From an uncultured Thermoplasmata archaeon (lineage in GTDB: Archaea; Thermoplasmatota; Thermoplasmata; Lutacidiplasmatales; UBA184), in NCBI GenBank assembly GCA_963804505.1, contig CAWDQP010000010.1, forward strand, positions 531,607 through 595,606: DNA of 64,000 nt. The letters run 5' to 3'. The position numbers and the translations under genes were made by a program. Shown in pieces: positions 11,201 through 21,906 of this stretch; within the stretch, counting starts at the first letter, position 1, and each line of letters begins with the position of its first letter. Below the pieces are notes generated by a model that was not told where the DNA came from, searched no databases, and saw only the letters and a list, made by a program, of their open reading frames with translations.

Positions 11201-12067
11201 TACGAGACATTCCCGAGCGGCTCGCCTTCGGCTTCCGTGAAGGCCTCGAGGTCTCCTTCGAGCTGGTCCTGAGTCTGTTGTCCGGAGTAGGTGTCCACGA
11301 CCGCGAGCCGGACCCCCGTGCCGTTCGAGCCGTTCGCCAGGAGCGGCATCACCGAGTACGCTGTTTGGACCTGGCACGGTACGAGGTATCCGGTGGCCGA
11401 GCAGGCCGCGGAAGGGACGACGCCCGGGGTTGACGTAGCGACCGCGGGCGCGAACTGGGTCTCGTTGCCGAGCCCGAACGCCCCCGTCCAGGGTACGATC
11501 GCCGGAAGGTTCGCCGCCGTGGGGTGGCTAACGAACGTGCGGCCGGCCGCGGACCGGGTACTCTTCGAACGTCGTGCCGAACGCCCGCGCAACGGCGCCG
11601 GTGGCGCCGTCAACGTACAGCGGCAGCCCGTCCGGAGAACGAGAGACGTTGAGCCCATACCCTTCGAAGTAGGTTGTCGCGACCTGGACGTCGGAGGTCG
11701 CGGCGCCGAATCGGGACGCTGCCTCGGCCCCCGTCAGGTGGGTCCGGTACACCGGAGTGCCGGGAAGGTTCTCCGCCGCGACCAGCCCCGCGAGCCCGCT
11801 CGGGTCCTTCGACGCGAGGCCGACGACCAGGCCCATCGACGTGTTCGACGGCGCGGGCCCCAGCGCCTCGACTCCGGTCGAAGCGGTGAACGCGGGCGCG
11901 ATCGCGACGCTCGACGGCGAAGGCGATGCCGACGGGATCGGATCCGCGGCGAGCGCGGCGGCGAAATGATCGGGGGCGGCTGCCGAGGCCAGCCCGGTGG
12001 GCATGGCGAGGCACAGGGTCGCCAGAACGGCGACGAGGAGCACCACCGGTACAGGAACGGACCGCAC
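8220..12067 (-). CDS. Secreted, C-terminally membrane-anchored S53 (sedolisin/kumamolisin-like) peptidase with several PKD-like domains; about three frame breaks
   Basis: A signal peptide starts from the GTG at 12067 (VRSVPVPVVLLVAVLATLCLA). A pro-domain lies in ORF 11528..12181. The catalytic region in ORF 9667..11658 contains SLSWGEPD, FAASGDCGA and GTSVATPIWAG. Ig-like repeats follow (GDGN/GDGAT, PLxVxF). The C-terminal TM is LSIGAAVGVLAVILGVGL at the 8220 end. Confidence 0.75.
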
Positions 12068-12182
12068 CCAGACCTCGCGAATCGATAGTGAAACGCGGTC
12101 GGTGGGATATGCCTCTTGCCTTCGGCCCCCCGGGGGGCACAAGACCTCATAACCCCGGCCCGAACTCTCCGCCGGGAGCACC

Positions 12183-13521
12183 GTGAACCCGTACCTCGGC
12201 TACGAGATCGCGCTCCTCGCGATCGCGGTCTACGCCGGAATCGTTTACGCGCTCTGGTCGACGGGACGGATCGGCGCGGACCGCACGTTCTCGCTGCTGG
12301 GTCCCGCGCTGATGATCAAGACGAAGAAGGGGCGCTCGGCGCTGGACCGGTGGGGCCGTTTCGTGCGGTTCTGGACCGCGGCCGGCGACATCGGCATTGC
12401 CCTGGCGGCGGCTGCGATGGCGGTCATCGTCGCGCTCCTGTTCCTCGGAGCGATCGAGTCGTTCCGCCTCACGCCGGCCACGGCCCCCAGCCCGACCGAG
12501 GCGTTGGGCCTGCCCGGGGATCAACCCTGTCATCCCGCTCGGTTACGGGATCGTCGCCCTCGTGGTCGGGGTCGTTCTCCACGAGCTGATGCACGGCGTG
12601 ATCGCGCGGTCCCAGAAGATCGGCGTCAAGACGCTCGGCGTCCTGTGGTGCGTGGTACCCGTCGGGGCGTTCGTCGAGCAGGACGACGCGGACATGATGA
12701 AGGCCAGCCGACGGCGACGCGACCGCGTGGCGGCGGCCGGCATCCTCGCGAACTTTGCGATCGCGATCATCTTCTTCGCGCTATTGTCCGGTCTCGTCGC
12801 TTCGTCCGTTCAGCCGAACGCCTCGGGGGTTGGGGTGGCGTACGTTGAGTCGAACACGCCAGCGTGGAACCATTCGATCGCCGCCGGGGACATCATCACG
12901 TCGGTCAACGGGACGAACACCACCACGGTCGACCTGTTCGAGAGCGCGCTGGCCGCCACGCAACCGAGCGAAACGGTCGTCGTCGGGGTCTACATGCCCA
13001 ACGTCAGCGCCGTTCGGAATCTTACGGTCCAACTCGCCCCCAGCCCGACCGTAAAGGGGCGGGGATTCCTGGGGGTCGCGGTCTACGCCCTCACGCCCGC
13101 TCAGATCAAGCAGGCACTCGTTTGGCCCGGAGGGTCCTCCTCGGGGCCGCTGGTCGGGACCATCGACTGGATCGTCCTTCCGCTCGCGACGATCGAGCCG
13201 TTGAGTGGTCCCACCGCCGGCTTCTTCCACCTCACGGGACCGCTGGCCCACACCAACCCGACCGCCTTCTGGGTCGGGGCGAACATTCTGTACTGGCTCT
13301 CCTGGATGAGCCTCCTGCTGGGGCTGTCGAACAGCCTTCCGCTCGTTCCCCTGGACGGGGGGCTCCTCTTCCGGGATTTCGCCCAGACGATCGCCGCGCG
13401 TTGGACGACCGGCTGGAACGAAGCCCGGCTGGAGCGATTCGGCGCGCAGGCCGTCGCGTTCTCGTCCGCCCTGGTCCTGGTCCTCCTGGTATGGCAGTTC
13501 GTGGTACCTCGTCTGCTGTAG
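12183..13521 (+). CDS. M50 family site-2 metalloprotease with PDZ domain; one frame break at the G-run 12516-12519
   Basis: VVLHELMHGVIA (HExxH), a PDZ-like segment GDIITSVNG, and the distal LPLVPLDGG motif are present. The N-terminal TM part lies in ORF 12183..12848. Confidence 0.8.
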
Positions 13522-14594
13522 GCCCGGACTCCCTGTTCGCGGAGTACCCGTTCCTCCCGGGCGCCGAGGCGTTGCTCGGCGGCGAGCCGGTCTCGGTCCG
13601 CTCGCTGCTGGAGGATCCGGCGTACGAGCGACCCCGCGCGATCGGCCGGGCGCGGGTCCTCGCGGCGGCCGACGACCCGCGCGCGCTCCGGGCTATCGAC
13701 GAGCTGAACGCGGCGTCCGGTGACGTCCGGTACCTCTCGTTCCTGTTCGCGCGCCTCGTCCTCGCCGCGGCCCCGTCCCCCGCCGCGCTGCGCCGGTGGG
13801 CGGTGGCGGAGGCGAAGCGCAGCTACGGGCGGCTCGTGGGAGCCCCTTCGACGGAGCTGGAGGAGATCGCACGACGCCTGGGCTTCCCCGGGGAGACCGA
13901 GGGCGGCCGGGTCGAGCTCGGGGTCGCCGACTACGTCCGGCTCGCATCCCCGATCCGGGAGGCAGACTTCCGCCTCGCCAACCAGTCCGTGCGCGCGGGT
14001 CGCGTGACGGTGGAGCCGAAGCGGGCCGCGCGGCTGCTCCAGGAAGCGATCCGCCGCTCCCTCGCGACCCCCGTGGCGCTCGGGGAACCGGTCGTCGCGT
14101 TGGTGCGGGAGCGCGAGGCGGAGCTGTTCGGCGACCTGGCGCACCGGATGCCGCTCCCCGTCGGCCGCGCCGGCATCGTCCCCGGCGACCTGCGACGCGA
14201 GCGGTTCCCGCCGTGCATCCGTCGGATGCAACGAACCCTCGAGAAAGGCGAGAACCTCTCGCACGCGGGCCGGTTCTGCCTGGCCGCCTTCTTGCACCGC
14301 GTGGGGGCGGATTTCGAAACGATCGTCGACGCGTACCGCGGGGCCCCGGACTTTGACGAATCGGTCACCCGCTACCAGGTCGAGCACATCACCGCACGCA
14401 ACGACGGCGTCGGCTACGAGCCGGCGCAGTGCGACACCCTGCGCAGCCACGGCCTGTGCGCGCGGGACGGCGACCCGGCCGCGCCGAACGCCGTCGACCG
14501 GGCGCGTGACGAGCGCTGCTTCGCTCCGACGCTCCGCCACCCGCTCCAGTACCTACCGGCTCAAGGGCGGCACGACGCTCGAACGCAACCCTGA
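13491..14594 (+). CDS. priL: DNA primase large subunit
   Basis: FPPCIRRMQRTLEKGENLSHAGRFCLAAFLHRVG..TRYQVEHI..GYEPAQCDTLRSHGLC carries the Fe-S cluster cysteines. The ATG at 13491 lies in the frame of ORF 12864..14594. Confidence 0.8.
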   Translation: MAVRGTSSAVGPDSLFAEYPFLPGAEALLGGEPVSVRSLLEDPAYERPRAIGRARVLAAADDPRALRAIDELNAASGDVRYLSFLFARLVLAAAPSPAALRRWAVAEAKRSYGRLVGAPSTELEEIARRLGFPGETEGGRVELGVADYVRLASPIREADFRLANQSVRAGRVTVEPKRAARLLQEAIRRSLATPVALGEPVVALVREREAELFGDLAHRMPLPVGRAGIVPGDLRRERFPPCIRRMQRTLEKGENLSHAGRFCLAAFLHRVGADFETIVDAYRGAPDFDESVTRYQVEHITARNDGVGYEPAQCDTLRSHGLCARDGDPAAPNAVDRARDERCFAPTLRHPLQYLPAQGRHDARTQP

Positions 14595-15268
14595 CGGGGA
14601 CGGACTCGTCACGTCGGGGGAGCGCCCGATACGTCCGGCGGGCGCGGGCGAGGGCCGTCCACTGGCCCGCGATGACGAAGTAGACGAACGCGACGTCGAT
14701 CACGGTGAACGCGATCCCCGCGACATGGAACCGGGACCACGGCTCGGTCGGAGCCCACGGCCACGGAAGCGACCAGTCGAACTCGAGGAAGGTCGCGATC
14801 GCGAGGACGACGAGCCGGTCCGCCCGGGAAAGAAGTCCGGCGTAGAGCCGCCCCTGGCCCACCGCCTGGGCCTGGGTGCCCATGTAGCTCGTGAGCAGCA
14901 GGCTCACGAGCGCGAGCAGCGCGAGGAGAGGATTTGCGTACGTCGAGACCGCGATCCCGAGGACGATCGCGAGGTCCGCGTACCGGTCGAACACGTGGTC
15001 GAGGAGGTCGCCGCGGGCGCTCGTCCGACCCGTCGACCGGGCCACCTCGCCGTCGAGCACGTCGAAGAGGCCGCTCAGGAAGATCAGGACGCTCACGGGG
15101 AGGAAGAGGAGAGGCGTGGTCCAGCGGACCGCCACGGCGAGCAACCCGGCGGCGATCGCGAAGGCGAGCGCGAGTACGGAGAGACGGTTCGGGGACCACC
15201 CGAGGAACGGTCGCGCGAGACGGGCGACGTACGGGGCGAACGCGGGCCCGATACCCCTCGAGAACCAT
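14389..15268 (-). CDS. CDP-alcohol phosphatidyltransferase family (archaeal phospholipid synthase); frame break near 15240, 3' end uncertain
   Basis: The signature is [27 protein letters not shown] (D-G-x2-A-R-x8-G-x3-D-x3-D). The N-terminus MVLEGYRAR then FAPYVARLARPFLGWSPNRLSVLALAFAIAAG needs a shift. The tail past ~14610 is Arg-rich junk, and a TGA at 14609 becomes in-frame if the C-run near 14620 is one base longer. Confidence 0.7.
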
Positions 15269-15277
15269 CGCGGCCCT

Positions 15278-15823
15278 CTACGTCGGCCGGTCCAAAAGGT
15301 GCGCGGTCACGTGGGGGTCCGAGAGCCAGTCGACCGTTCCCGGGCCGGTGGGGCCGGGGTGGCGCAGCCACCGCGCGACCGCCCGTGCCACCGAGTCCGC
15401 CGTTCGCCCGGTGGTATCGATCTCGTGCACGCGGCGGCCTAGCGCTCGGGCCTCGATCACGATCGCGTCCGTCGCCTCGCAGACGAAGTTCGCCTGGCGG
15501 TCCGCGAGGGATCCCCGCCGGGCCCGGCGCAGCCGCGCGAGCAGCTCGCGCGGGTGGCACCGGAGGATCACGGCATCTCGGATCGGTAGCAGGTGCGCGA
15601 GGTGGCCGACGACCAGGTCGATGCCGTCCAGAGCGCCGGGCCGACGGAGCGCCCGGGCGAGGACGGTCATGTCGATCTTGACGTCTCGACCGGTGCCTCG
15701 GGCCGCCCCGAACCGCCGCGCGAGCTCGCCGACCTCGACCGACCGCCACCGCGGGGACAGCCGTCGCGCCACGGAGCTCTTCCCGGTGCCCGGAGTGCCG
15801 GTGAGGGCGACGGCGCGGTTCAT
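15278..15823 (-). CDS. Fap7/AK6-like putative adenylate kinase (P-loop NTPase)
   Basis: The last 181 codons of ORF 15278..16342 start MNRAVALTGTPGTGKSSVARRL. Size and Walker A context fit the archaeal Fap7 family. Confidence 0.65.
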   Translation of the reverse strand: MNRAVALTGTPGTGKSSVARRLSPRWRSVEVGELARRFGAARGTGRDVKIDMTVLARALRRPGALDGIDLVVGHLAHLLPIRDAVILRCHPRELLARLRRARRGSLADRQANFVCEATDAIVIEARALGRRVHEIDTTGRTADSVARAVARWLRHPGPTGPGTVDWLSDPHVTAHLLDRPT

Positions 15824-15894
15824 CGCCCCCGCCGAGGACCGGTGTCGGAAGAAACCATCGCCTCGGCCGGGGCGCGGGAACGGACGGGTTCGGG

Positions 15895-17132
15895 TCAGAG
15901 GAATCGCAGCGACCGGTACGTCCGACGCCACGCCCGCACCTCGGCGCCGACCTTCTCGGACCGGAGGCCCCCGCGCACGATCAGGTCGGCGAGCCGCGGC
16001 ATGTCGGCGGGGGTCAGGCCCAGGCGAGTCGCTTCGGCCGTGCCGATCCGGCCCACGAGGTCGATCAGGAGCGCCTGGCGTTCGAGCTTCCGGGCGAAGG
16101 CGCCGGCCCCCACGCCGCGCTCGGCCCGGAGCCGGGGGCGGTCGATATGGAGCTGGTGGGACCGCGTGTACCCTTCCGCCGCCGCGACCAGAGGAAGGCC
16201 CCCCGACTCGAGCGCGGGGGCGAGGGCCCGGGCGTTCGCGACGACGGTCCGCGCGTACTCCGGGGCAAACCGTTCGAGCTCGAGGATCGTCTGGGCGAGG
16301 CCCGCGATCCGGTTCCAGTGGGCATTGTCGAACACGCGCCACACCAGCGCCGGGTCGAGCTGGGCGAAGAGGTCCTCCCGGTTCGTGGCGATGATCCCGC
16401 CCTGCGGGCCGGGGAACGACTTGTGCGTGCTCCCGAAGAGGACGTCCACGCCGTCGCCGAGCGGGTCCTGGAACTCGCCGCCGGCGACGAGCCCGAGCAC
16501 GTGGGACGCGTCGTACAGGACGAGGGCATCGACCGCGTGGGCCGCCTCCACGATCTCGCGGAGCGGATAGGGGAAGAGGAAGAAGCTCTGGCCCAGCATC
16601 ACCGCCTTCGGGCGTTCCTGCTGGATCGTCCGCACGGGCCTCCTCGGCGTCGACCCGGAAGCCCGGCCCGCTCGCGGGGAGCGGCCGTACGCGTGTACCC
16701 CAAGACGGCGGGAACGAACCCCGGGGCGTATCCGTCGTACCCTCCCTGGTCGGGGGCGATCGCCAGGACGCGGGAGCGGGGCGGCAGGAGCGGCGCGAGC
16801 ACCGAGAGCGCCGCGATGTGGCCGGACAGCGGGACGCGTGGTCGCCTTCTTGGCGTGGAAGAGCCGGGCCGCGGCCTCGTTGGCGAGCGTTTCGATCTGG
16901 TCGGTGTACCGGGTACCGGTGTAGCTGTTGTCGAGCGTCTCGCCTTCGATCGTGACGGTGCGATCGGCAGGGTGTAGCGGCCCGCGAGGTCGCTTCCGAG
17001 ATACCGGCGGGCCGTCGGGGAGACCGCGTTCTCGCTCGCGAGGAGATTGAAGACGGTGCGGCCCCGCCAGCGGTCGTGCGACCGGACGAGGCGGGCGAGC
17101 TCCGCTTCGCCCTCAGTCAGTGGAGGAGTCAT
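15895..17132 (-). CDS. glyA: Serine hydroxymethyltransferase; several frame breaks between ~16600 and ~17000
   Basis: The N-terminus is FNLLASENAVSPTARRYLGSDLAGRY (ORF 16599..17132). The C-terminal two thirds contain LYDASHVLGLVAGGEFQDP..FGSTHKSFPGPQGG (ORF 15895..16635). The middle is only readable in other frames. Confidence 0.85.
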
Positions 17133-17707
17133 GGGCGCTCGGTCCGAGCGGTCGCGGCCCCTTCGCCAGCTTCCTTCGTTCGGTGTGCCCGCACCGCGGG
17201 CAGACGAGCTCCTTCGGGCCGATCGTCAGGAGGGCGTGGCAGGCCTGGCAGCGCGCCGACACGACCCCGAGCGTGGCGGCCGCCGTGGTGAGCTTGATGG
17301 ACGGGTGCGACTGGAGGACCCGGGCGAGGAGGATGTCCCCGACGGCGAACTCGCCGGCGAGCGTCTCGGTGTAGCCGTCCTTCGCCTTCGAGATGTGGAC
17401 CGTCGCCTCGGGCTTGCCGGGCACGGACCGCTTGCTGGTCGCGGTCGCGAGCACTTCCACGATCGCCATCGCCGTCTTGATCTCCTCCACGCGGGCGTAG
17501 ACGAGGTCGTCCTCGCGAACCTCGGGCACGGCGTTGCGCGGCTCGATGCGGACCGTCCGGTCCTTGGGGTCGACCGCCGGCTCGGCCCAGCACGGACGCG
17601 TAGATGCGACCGCGGTCCTCGTAGGTCCCTCGGCCCGGAAGGAACTGCTCCGCCGCGCCCAGGTAGTCGCCCGGGAGGACCAGCTTCGGCAGCTCGGGAT
17701 CGCTCAT
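17113..17707 (-). CDS. csl4: Exosome complex RNA-binding protein Csl4; one frame break near 17570
   Basis: The N-terminus MSDPELPKLVLPGDYLG..GTYEDRGRIYASVLG lies in ORF 17129..18151. The S1 domain plus zinc ribbon (RCQACHALL..LVCPRCGH) lies in ORF 17113..17529. ATGA overlap with the upstream methyltransferase. Confidence 0.8.
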
Positions 17708-18315
17708 CGTTCCTGTTCCGTTCGGATCGCCCAGAGGTCGACGTCGATCGGGACCCGCCGCCGGGCATGGTGCGGAAACGTCCGCGGCAGCGCCCAGGGG
17801 ACCGGCCCGACCTCGAGGACTTGAGCGGAGCGTGCGACCGCGCCCCGTGCTATAAAGCTTCGGGAATCGCCGAGGGCGAACGCGTAGATGCCGCGCGTCG
17901 CGCGCGCGTAGGCGGTCTCCCAGAACGGTCGGTCCGCGTGGCGCGTCTGCGCCCCGAACGGCGGGTTCATCACGACGAGCTCCACGCTCGAGTCGGCCGC
18001 CGTGACATCGCCCGCGTCGAACGTGGCCCGGACGTTCGCGGCCTCCGCCGCCGCCCGCGCGAGCGCCACCGCGGACTCGTCGACGTCGATGCCGCGCACC
18101 GGTCCCGCCCCCAGGAGGGCGGCGCCGATCGCCAGGCGACCCGTCCCGCATCCGAGGTCGAGGATTGACCGGCCGGCGAGCCCGTCGAGCCGGTCGGCGG
18201 TCGCGAGAAGCGTCGCGGCGGCCTCGGACGGCGTGACCACCTGCTCCAGCTCGGCCCGCGGTGCGGCGAACGGCGGGACCCGCTCGAGTTGGCGGATGAG
18301 CTCGGAGCGACGCAC
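17704..18315 (-). CDS. Class I SAM-dependent methyltransferase, METTL5/COG2263-like
   Basis: Intact 203-aa ORF with ILDLGCGTGRLAIGA (SAM motif I) and VVMNPPFG (NPPF/Y motif). Confidence 0.75.
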   Translation of the reverse strand: MRRSELIRQLERVPPFAAPRAELEQVVTPSEAAATLLATADRLDGLAGRSILDLGCGTGRLAIGAALLGAGPVRGIDVDESAVALARAAAEAANVRATFDAGDVTAADSSVELVVMNPPFGAQTRHADRPFWETAYARATRGIYAFALGDSRSFIARGAVARSAQVLEVGPVPWALPRTFPHHARRRVPIDVDLWAIRTEQER

Positions 18316-18376
18316 GATCCGGCTGAGCGGCGGGAAAGGATGACGGTGTGCCCCCGACCGTCCCGAGGAGCCGGGA

Positions 18377-18485
18377 TGCGGGGAGCCGGATTCGAACCTG
18401 CGAACGCCTTACGCGACAGGATCTCTTCGGCGGGGATCTCCCGCGGTTTAAGTCCTGCGCCGTTTCCGGGCTTGGCTATCCCCGC
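18377..18485 (-). tRNA. tRNA-Leu(UAA) with 24-nt intron at the canonical 37/38 position
   Basis: The acceptor is GCGGGGA/TCCCCGC. The anticodon arm is CAGGA-CTTAAA[intron]A-TCCTG. There is a long variable arm, a GGTTCGAATCC T-arm with one A-G mismatch, and discriminator A. The mature length is 85 nt. Confidence 0.8.
18423..18446 (-). other. tRNA-Leu intron
   Basis: CCGCGGGAGATCCCCGCCGAAGAG lies between A37 and A38 and contains an internal GCGGG/CCCGC hairpin. Confidence 0.7.
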
Positions 18486-18490
18486 GCCGG

Positions 18491-18787
18491 TCAGCGCGCG
18501 GGAACGGCGGATTCCTCTTGAGCGCCCGGTCGGGAGGGCGCCTTCTTCAGCGACACCCGCTTCGGGAAGTACTTGAGGAGAATCACGTCGTTCACGGCCG
18601 CGACCCAGCGGTACGGGACGTTGGTGGCGCGCGAGTCGTCTACTAACATCGGGCTCGTTTCGCCCACGTAGAGCCCATCGATCTTCGAGCCCTCGACGTC
18701 GACGACCACGTTGTCGACCTCGCCCAGGAGTCGTCCGTCCGGAGTGTAGATCTGGCGTCCCATGAGTTCGGTCATCTCGACCAGCAT
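18491..18787 (-). CDS. PRC-barrel domain protein
   Basis: The last 98 codons of ORF 18491..20788 begin MLVEMTELMGRQIYTPDGRLLGEVDNVVVD... The pattern G..V....G..LG.V.D..(I/V)D is typical of archaeal PRC-barrel proteins. Confidence 0.55.
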   Translation of the reverse strand: MLVEMTELMGRQIYTPDGRLLGEVDNVVVDVEGSKIDGLYVGETSPMLVDDSRATNVPYRWVAAVNDVILLKYFPKRVSLKKAPSRPGAQEESAVPAR

Positions 18788-18896
18788 CGCCTGTTCCCGC
18801 AGCGCGCGACGGGGCAGGACCTTCTTATGCCTTTGGGCGGAGGGGTAGCTGTTTTTCGAGAGGGCGCCCCGCCGGCGGGGAACGCAGGCCCGAACT

Positions 18897-20689
18897 TCAC
18901 GTCGAATCGGCGTCGGCGTCCGAGGCGGGGGTCGCCTGGCGAACCTGGCCCCGGTACATCTCGAGCAGTTCGTGCGCGGTGGTCGCCTCGGTCGGCCCCT
19001 TGTCGTCGCGGATCCGCCGGTGAATCGAGGGAACCGCAGCGCCAGTCCGGCCTCGGCGCGGACGGCGCCCCGGGCCGCGCGGTGGATCGGGCTCAGGGTC
19101 AGCTCCGCGCCCTGCACTTCGAGGACGAGCCCGGGCTTGAACCACCGGTCCGCCGTCAGGCCGGAATCGACCTCGGGGGGACGCTCCGCCACCGCGAACT
19201 TCTCGAGGCGCTTCGGCATCGCCGCGAGCTGCGCGTCGTCGAACCCGCTCCCGACCTTGCAGAACGACTCGAACCGGTCCCGCTTCGGGTCGTAGACCGC
19301 GAGAAGAAAGGCGCCGAAGACCCCGGCGCGCCGGCCGCGTCCCGCGAACCCCCCGACCACGACCCCGTCGACCGAGTCGGTGAGCCCCTCCGTGTAGTCC
19401 CGCTTGTACTTGATCCACCAGTAGCCGCGCGCGCCCGCGCGGTAGGCGCTGCCCGGCTTGAGCGACTTCGCCATCACGCCCTCGCCGCCTGCCGCGACGG
19501 CCTCCTCCAGGAACGCGGTCGCGTCCGCGACGTCCGAGACGACGCGCTGGGCGGCGAGCCGGACCCGCTCGGTCGGCCGAACGGCCGCCTCGAGCCGCCG
19601 CCGACGCGCGGGGAACTCCTCGGCGTAGACAGGAACCCCGTCGGCGAGCAGAATGTCGAACAGGAACAGGCAGACGGGGATCTCCGCCTGGACCCGCGCG
19701 AGGTCGTGCTTGCGGCCGCGTCGACGGGAGACCTCCTGGAACGGCTGGATCTCGTCCGTGTCCGGGTCGATCGGGACGCATTCCCCTTCCACGATCGCCG
19801 GTGCTGCGACCACGGCGTGCGGCAGGTCGGCGACCAACTCCGGGAACTGGGCACTGATCTCCTCGAGACGACGGGAGAAGAGCCGGACCGTGCCGCTCTT
19901 CGCGATGTGCGCCTGGACCCGCAGTCCGTCGTACTTGTACTCCAGTGCCGCGCGCCCGCCCATTCGTTCGAGGACCTTGTCGAGGGTCGGCTCCCGCTCG
20001 GCCAGCATCGGACGAACCGGCCGGCCGACGGTGAGCCCGATGCGGTCGAGCCCGGAAAGTCCTTTGTCGGCCAGGGTCGTCGCGACCACCCCGAGGTCGC
20101 TCGACAGGTTGAACGCACCCTCGATCCGGGTCCGCGCCTCCTTCGTGCCGGCCGCGAACGCCTCGGCGAGCGCGTCCACGATCGTCATCTCGCGCACCCC
20201 CACCCGGAGCGTTCCCAGAACGAACCGGACGAGGAACTTCGCCTCCAGGGGCGTGGCGCGACCGAGCAACTCGACCAGGACCCGGACCTTCACTTCCTGG
20301 GATCCGTCGCCTTTCGCGGACGCGATCTTCTCGAGCTCGGAGTAGACCTCCGCCACCGTGAGCGTCGGCGGGGTCTCGGGCGCGCCGCGCACCCCGGCGA
20401 GTTCCTGCGCGGTCAGGCCGAGGTCGCCGGTCTCCTTCGTACGCCGCGCCACCACCGTCGCCTCGGTCCCGGTGGCCTGGGCGACCGCACGGCGCGCGAG
20501 CGAGTCGGCCACCCCCAGCTCGATCCCTTCGTACTCGGGGTGCAGGAGCCCTTGGGAAAGGTACACGACCCTCTCGAGGTCGCCCGCGCTCAGCGGCCGG
20601 AACAGCTCGGCGAGGATCGTCCGCATCTCGAGGCGTTTCGGCGTCGCCTCGAGTCGCTCGTAGGCCGCGGCGAGATCAGCGAACCGCAC
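18897..20689 (-). CDS. lig: ATP-dependent DNA ligase; one frame break near 19025
   Basis: The gene starts at the GTG at 20689 ([14 protein letters not shown]). EYKYDGLRVQAH contains the adenylation lysine, and YWWIKYKRDY and LRFPRF are also present. The C-terminus RIRDDKGPTEATTAHELLEMY lies in ORF 18897..19781. Confidence 0.9.
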
Positions 20690-21368
20690 CGCGCGCCCCC
20701 TCCTCGACCGCCGCCCGGAGGCGATGCAGATTCTCGGCGACGGAACCCCGGCCGTAGACCGAGTTGCCGCACACGAAGAACGACGCACCGGCGCGGGCGG
20801 CGTCGACCGCGGTCTCCGGGGTGATCCCCCCGTCGATCGACACGTCCACGGCGCGCCCTTTCCGCGCGAGTCGCTCTCGGGCGGCCCGCACCTTGGGCAG
20901 CACCTCGGGGTGGAACTTCTGCCCCGAGAACCCCGGCTCGACGCTCATGACCAGGACCTGGTCAAGCCGGTCGAGGAACGGCTCCACCCGCTCGAACGGC
21001 GTGGACGGCTTGAGCGCGGCGCCCACCGCCCCGCCGAGCTTTTTCACCGCGCGGATCACTTCGGCGGGGTCGCACTTCGCCTCGAGATGGAAGACGAGGG
21101 TGTCCCCGCCCGCCCGGCGGAACGGCTCCGCGTACCGGAGCGGATCCTCGATCATGAGGTGGATGTCGAGCGGCAGCTTGGTCCGGGCCCTAACGGCCGC
21201 CACCAGCGCCGGCCCGAAGGAGATGTTCGGAACGAAGTGTCCGTCCATCACGTCCAGGTGGAACGCGTCCGCGCCACCGGTTTCCGCGGCCCGGATCGCC
21301 TGGGCGAGGTCGGCGAAGTCGGCGCTGAGGAGCGAGGGAGCAAGCCGTAAGGGCGGGTTCTCCGGCAC
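20676..21368 (-). CDS. rpe: Ribulose-phosphate 3-epimerase
   Basis: Intact 230-aa ORF with [38 protein letters not shown] and IDGGI. Confidence 0.9.
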   Translation of the reverse strand: MPENPPLRLAPSLLSADFADLAQAIRAAETGGADAFHLDVMDGHFVPNISFGPALVAAVRARTKLPLDIHLMIEDPLRYAEPFRRAGGDTLVFHLEAKCDPAEVIRAVKKLGGAVGAALKPSTPFERVEPFLDRLDQVLVMSVEPGFSGQKFHPEVLPKVRAARERLARKGRAVDVSIDGGITPETAVDAARAGASFFVCGNSVYGRGSVAENLHRLRAAVEEGARGAVR

Positions 21369-21422
21369 CGCGGGCGTGACCCGGCGTCGCTATTTAGAGG
21401 ACCCCGCGACGAGGGCGTCGGG

Positions 21423-21903
21423 CTACAGGAACTCGTTGGGATTGGGGGTTCCGTCGGCGGAGCGCGCGACCGGCAGGTACCCGGCGGCCTCGGGCGTCCA
21501 GCGGCCGATGGGGACGGGGCGGAGGAGCCGCGCGCGGAGCGAGCCGGGTGGGGATCGGGGTGCGGGGGCGTCCTCCAACGGTCGGTACCAGAGGAATCGG
21601 TACAGGAGGAACTCGCCGTACAGCGCCGCGGCGAGAGAGAGTCCGAGGCCGAGGAAGTTGCTGAGGTCGTACCAGTACGCGATAATCCACGCGTCGACGA
21701 TGAGGTCGACAAGCCCGACCCACCACTTGGCCGCGTCGAAGAAGAACCAGTCGTGCCACGAGAGCCCCGGATGGCTGAGCGCCAACCGCTTCTCCTCGAC
21801 GACCCGGTCGGTACCGGGACTGGAGCGCCGCCTCCTCCTGGGGGTCGGGCAGGTCCTTGTCGGCGTCCGGCTCGTCGGGCGAGGTGACGAGGGACCGCCA
21901 CAC
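21423..21903 (-). CDS. Hypothetical membrane protein; probable frame break near 21790
   Basis: The Trp/aromatic-rich TM core [32 protein letters not shown] lies in ORF 21423..21785. An acidic N-terminal segment ([17 protein letters not shown]) is readable in ORF 21394..21903. Confidence 0.35.
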
Positions 21904-21906
21904 GGT

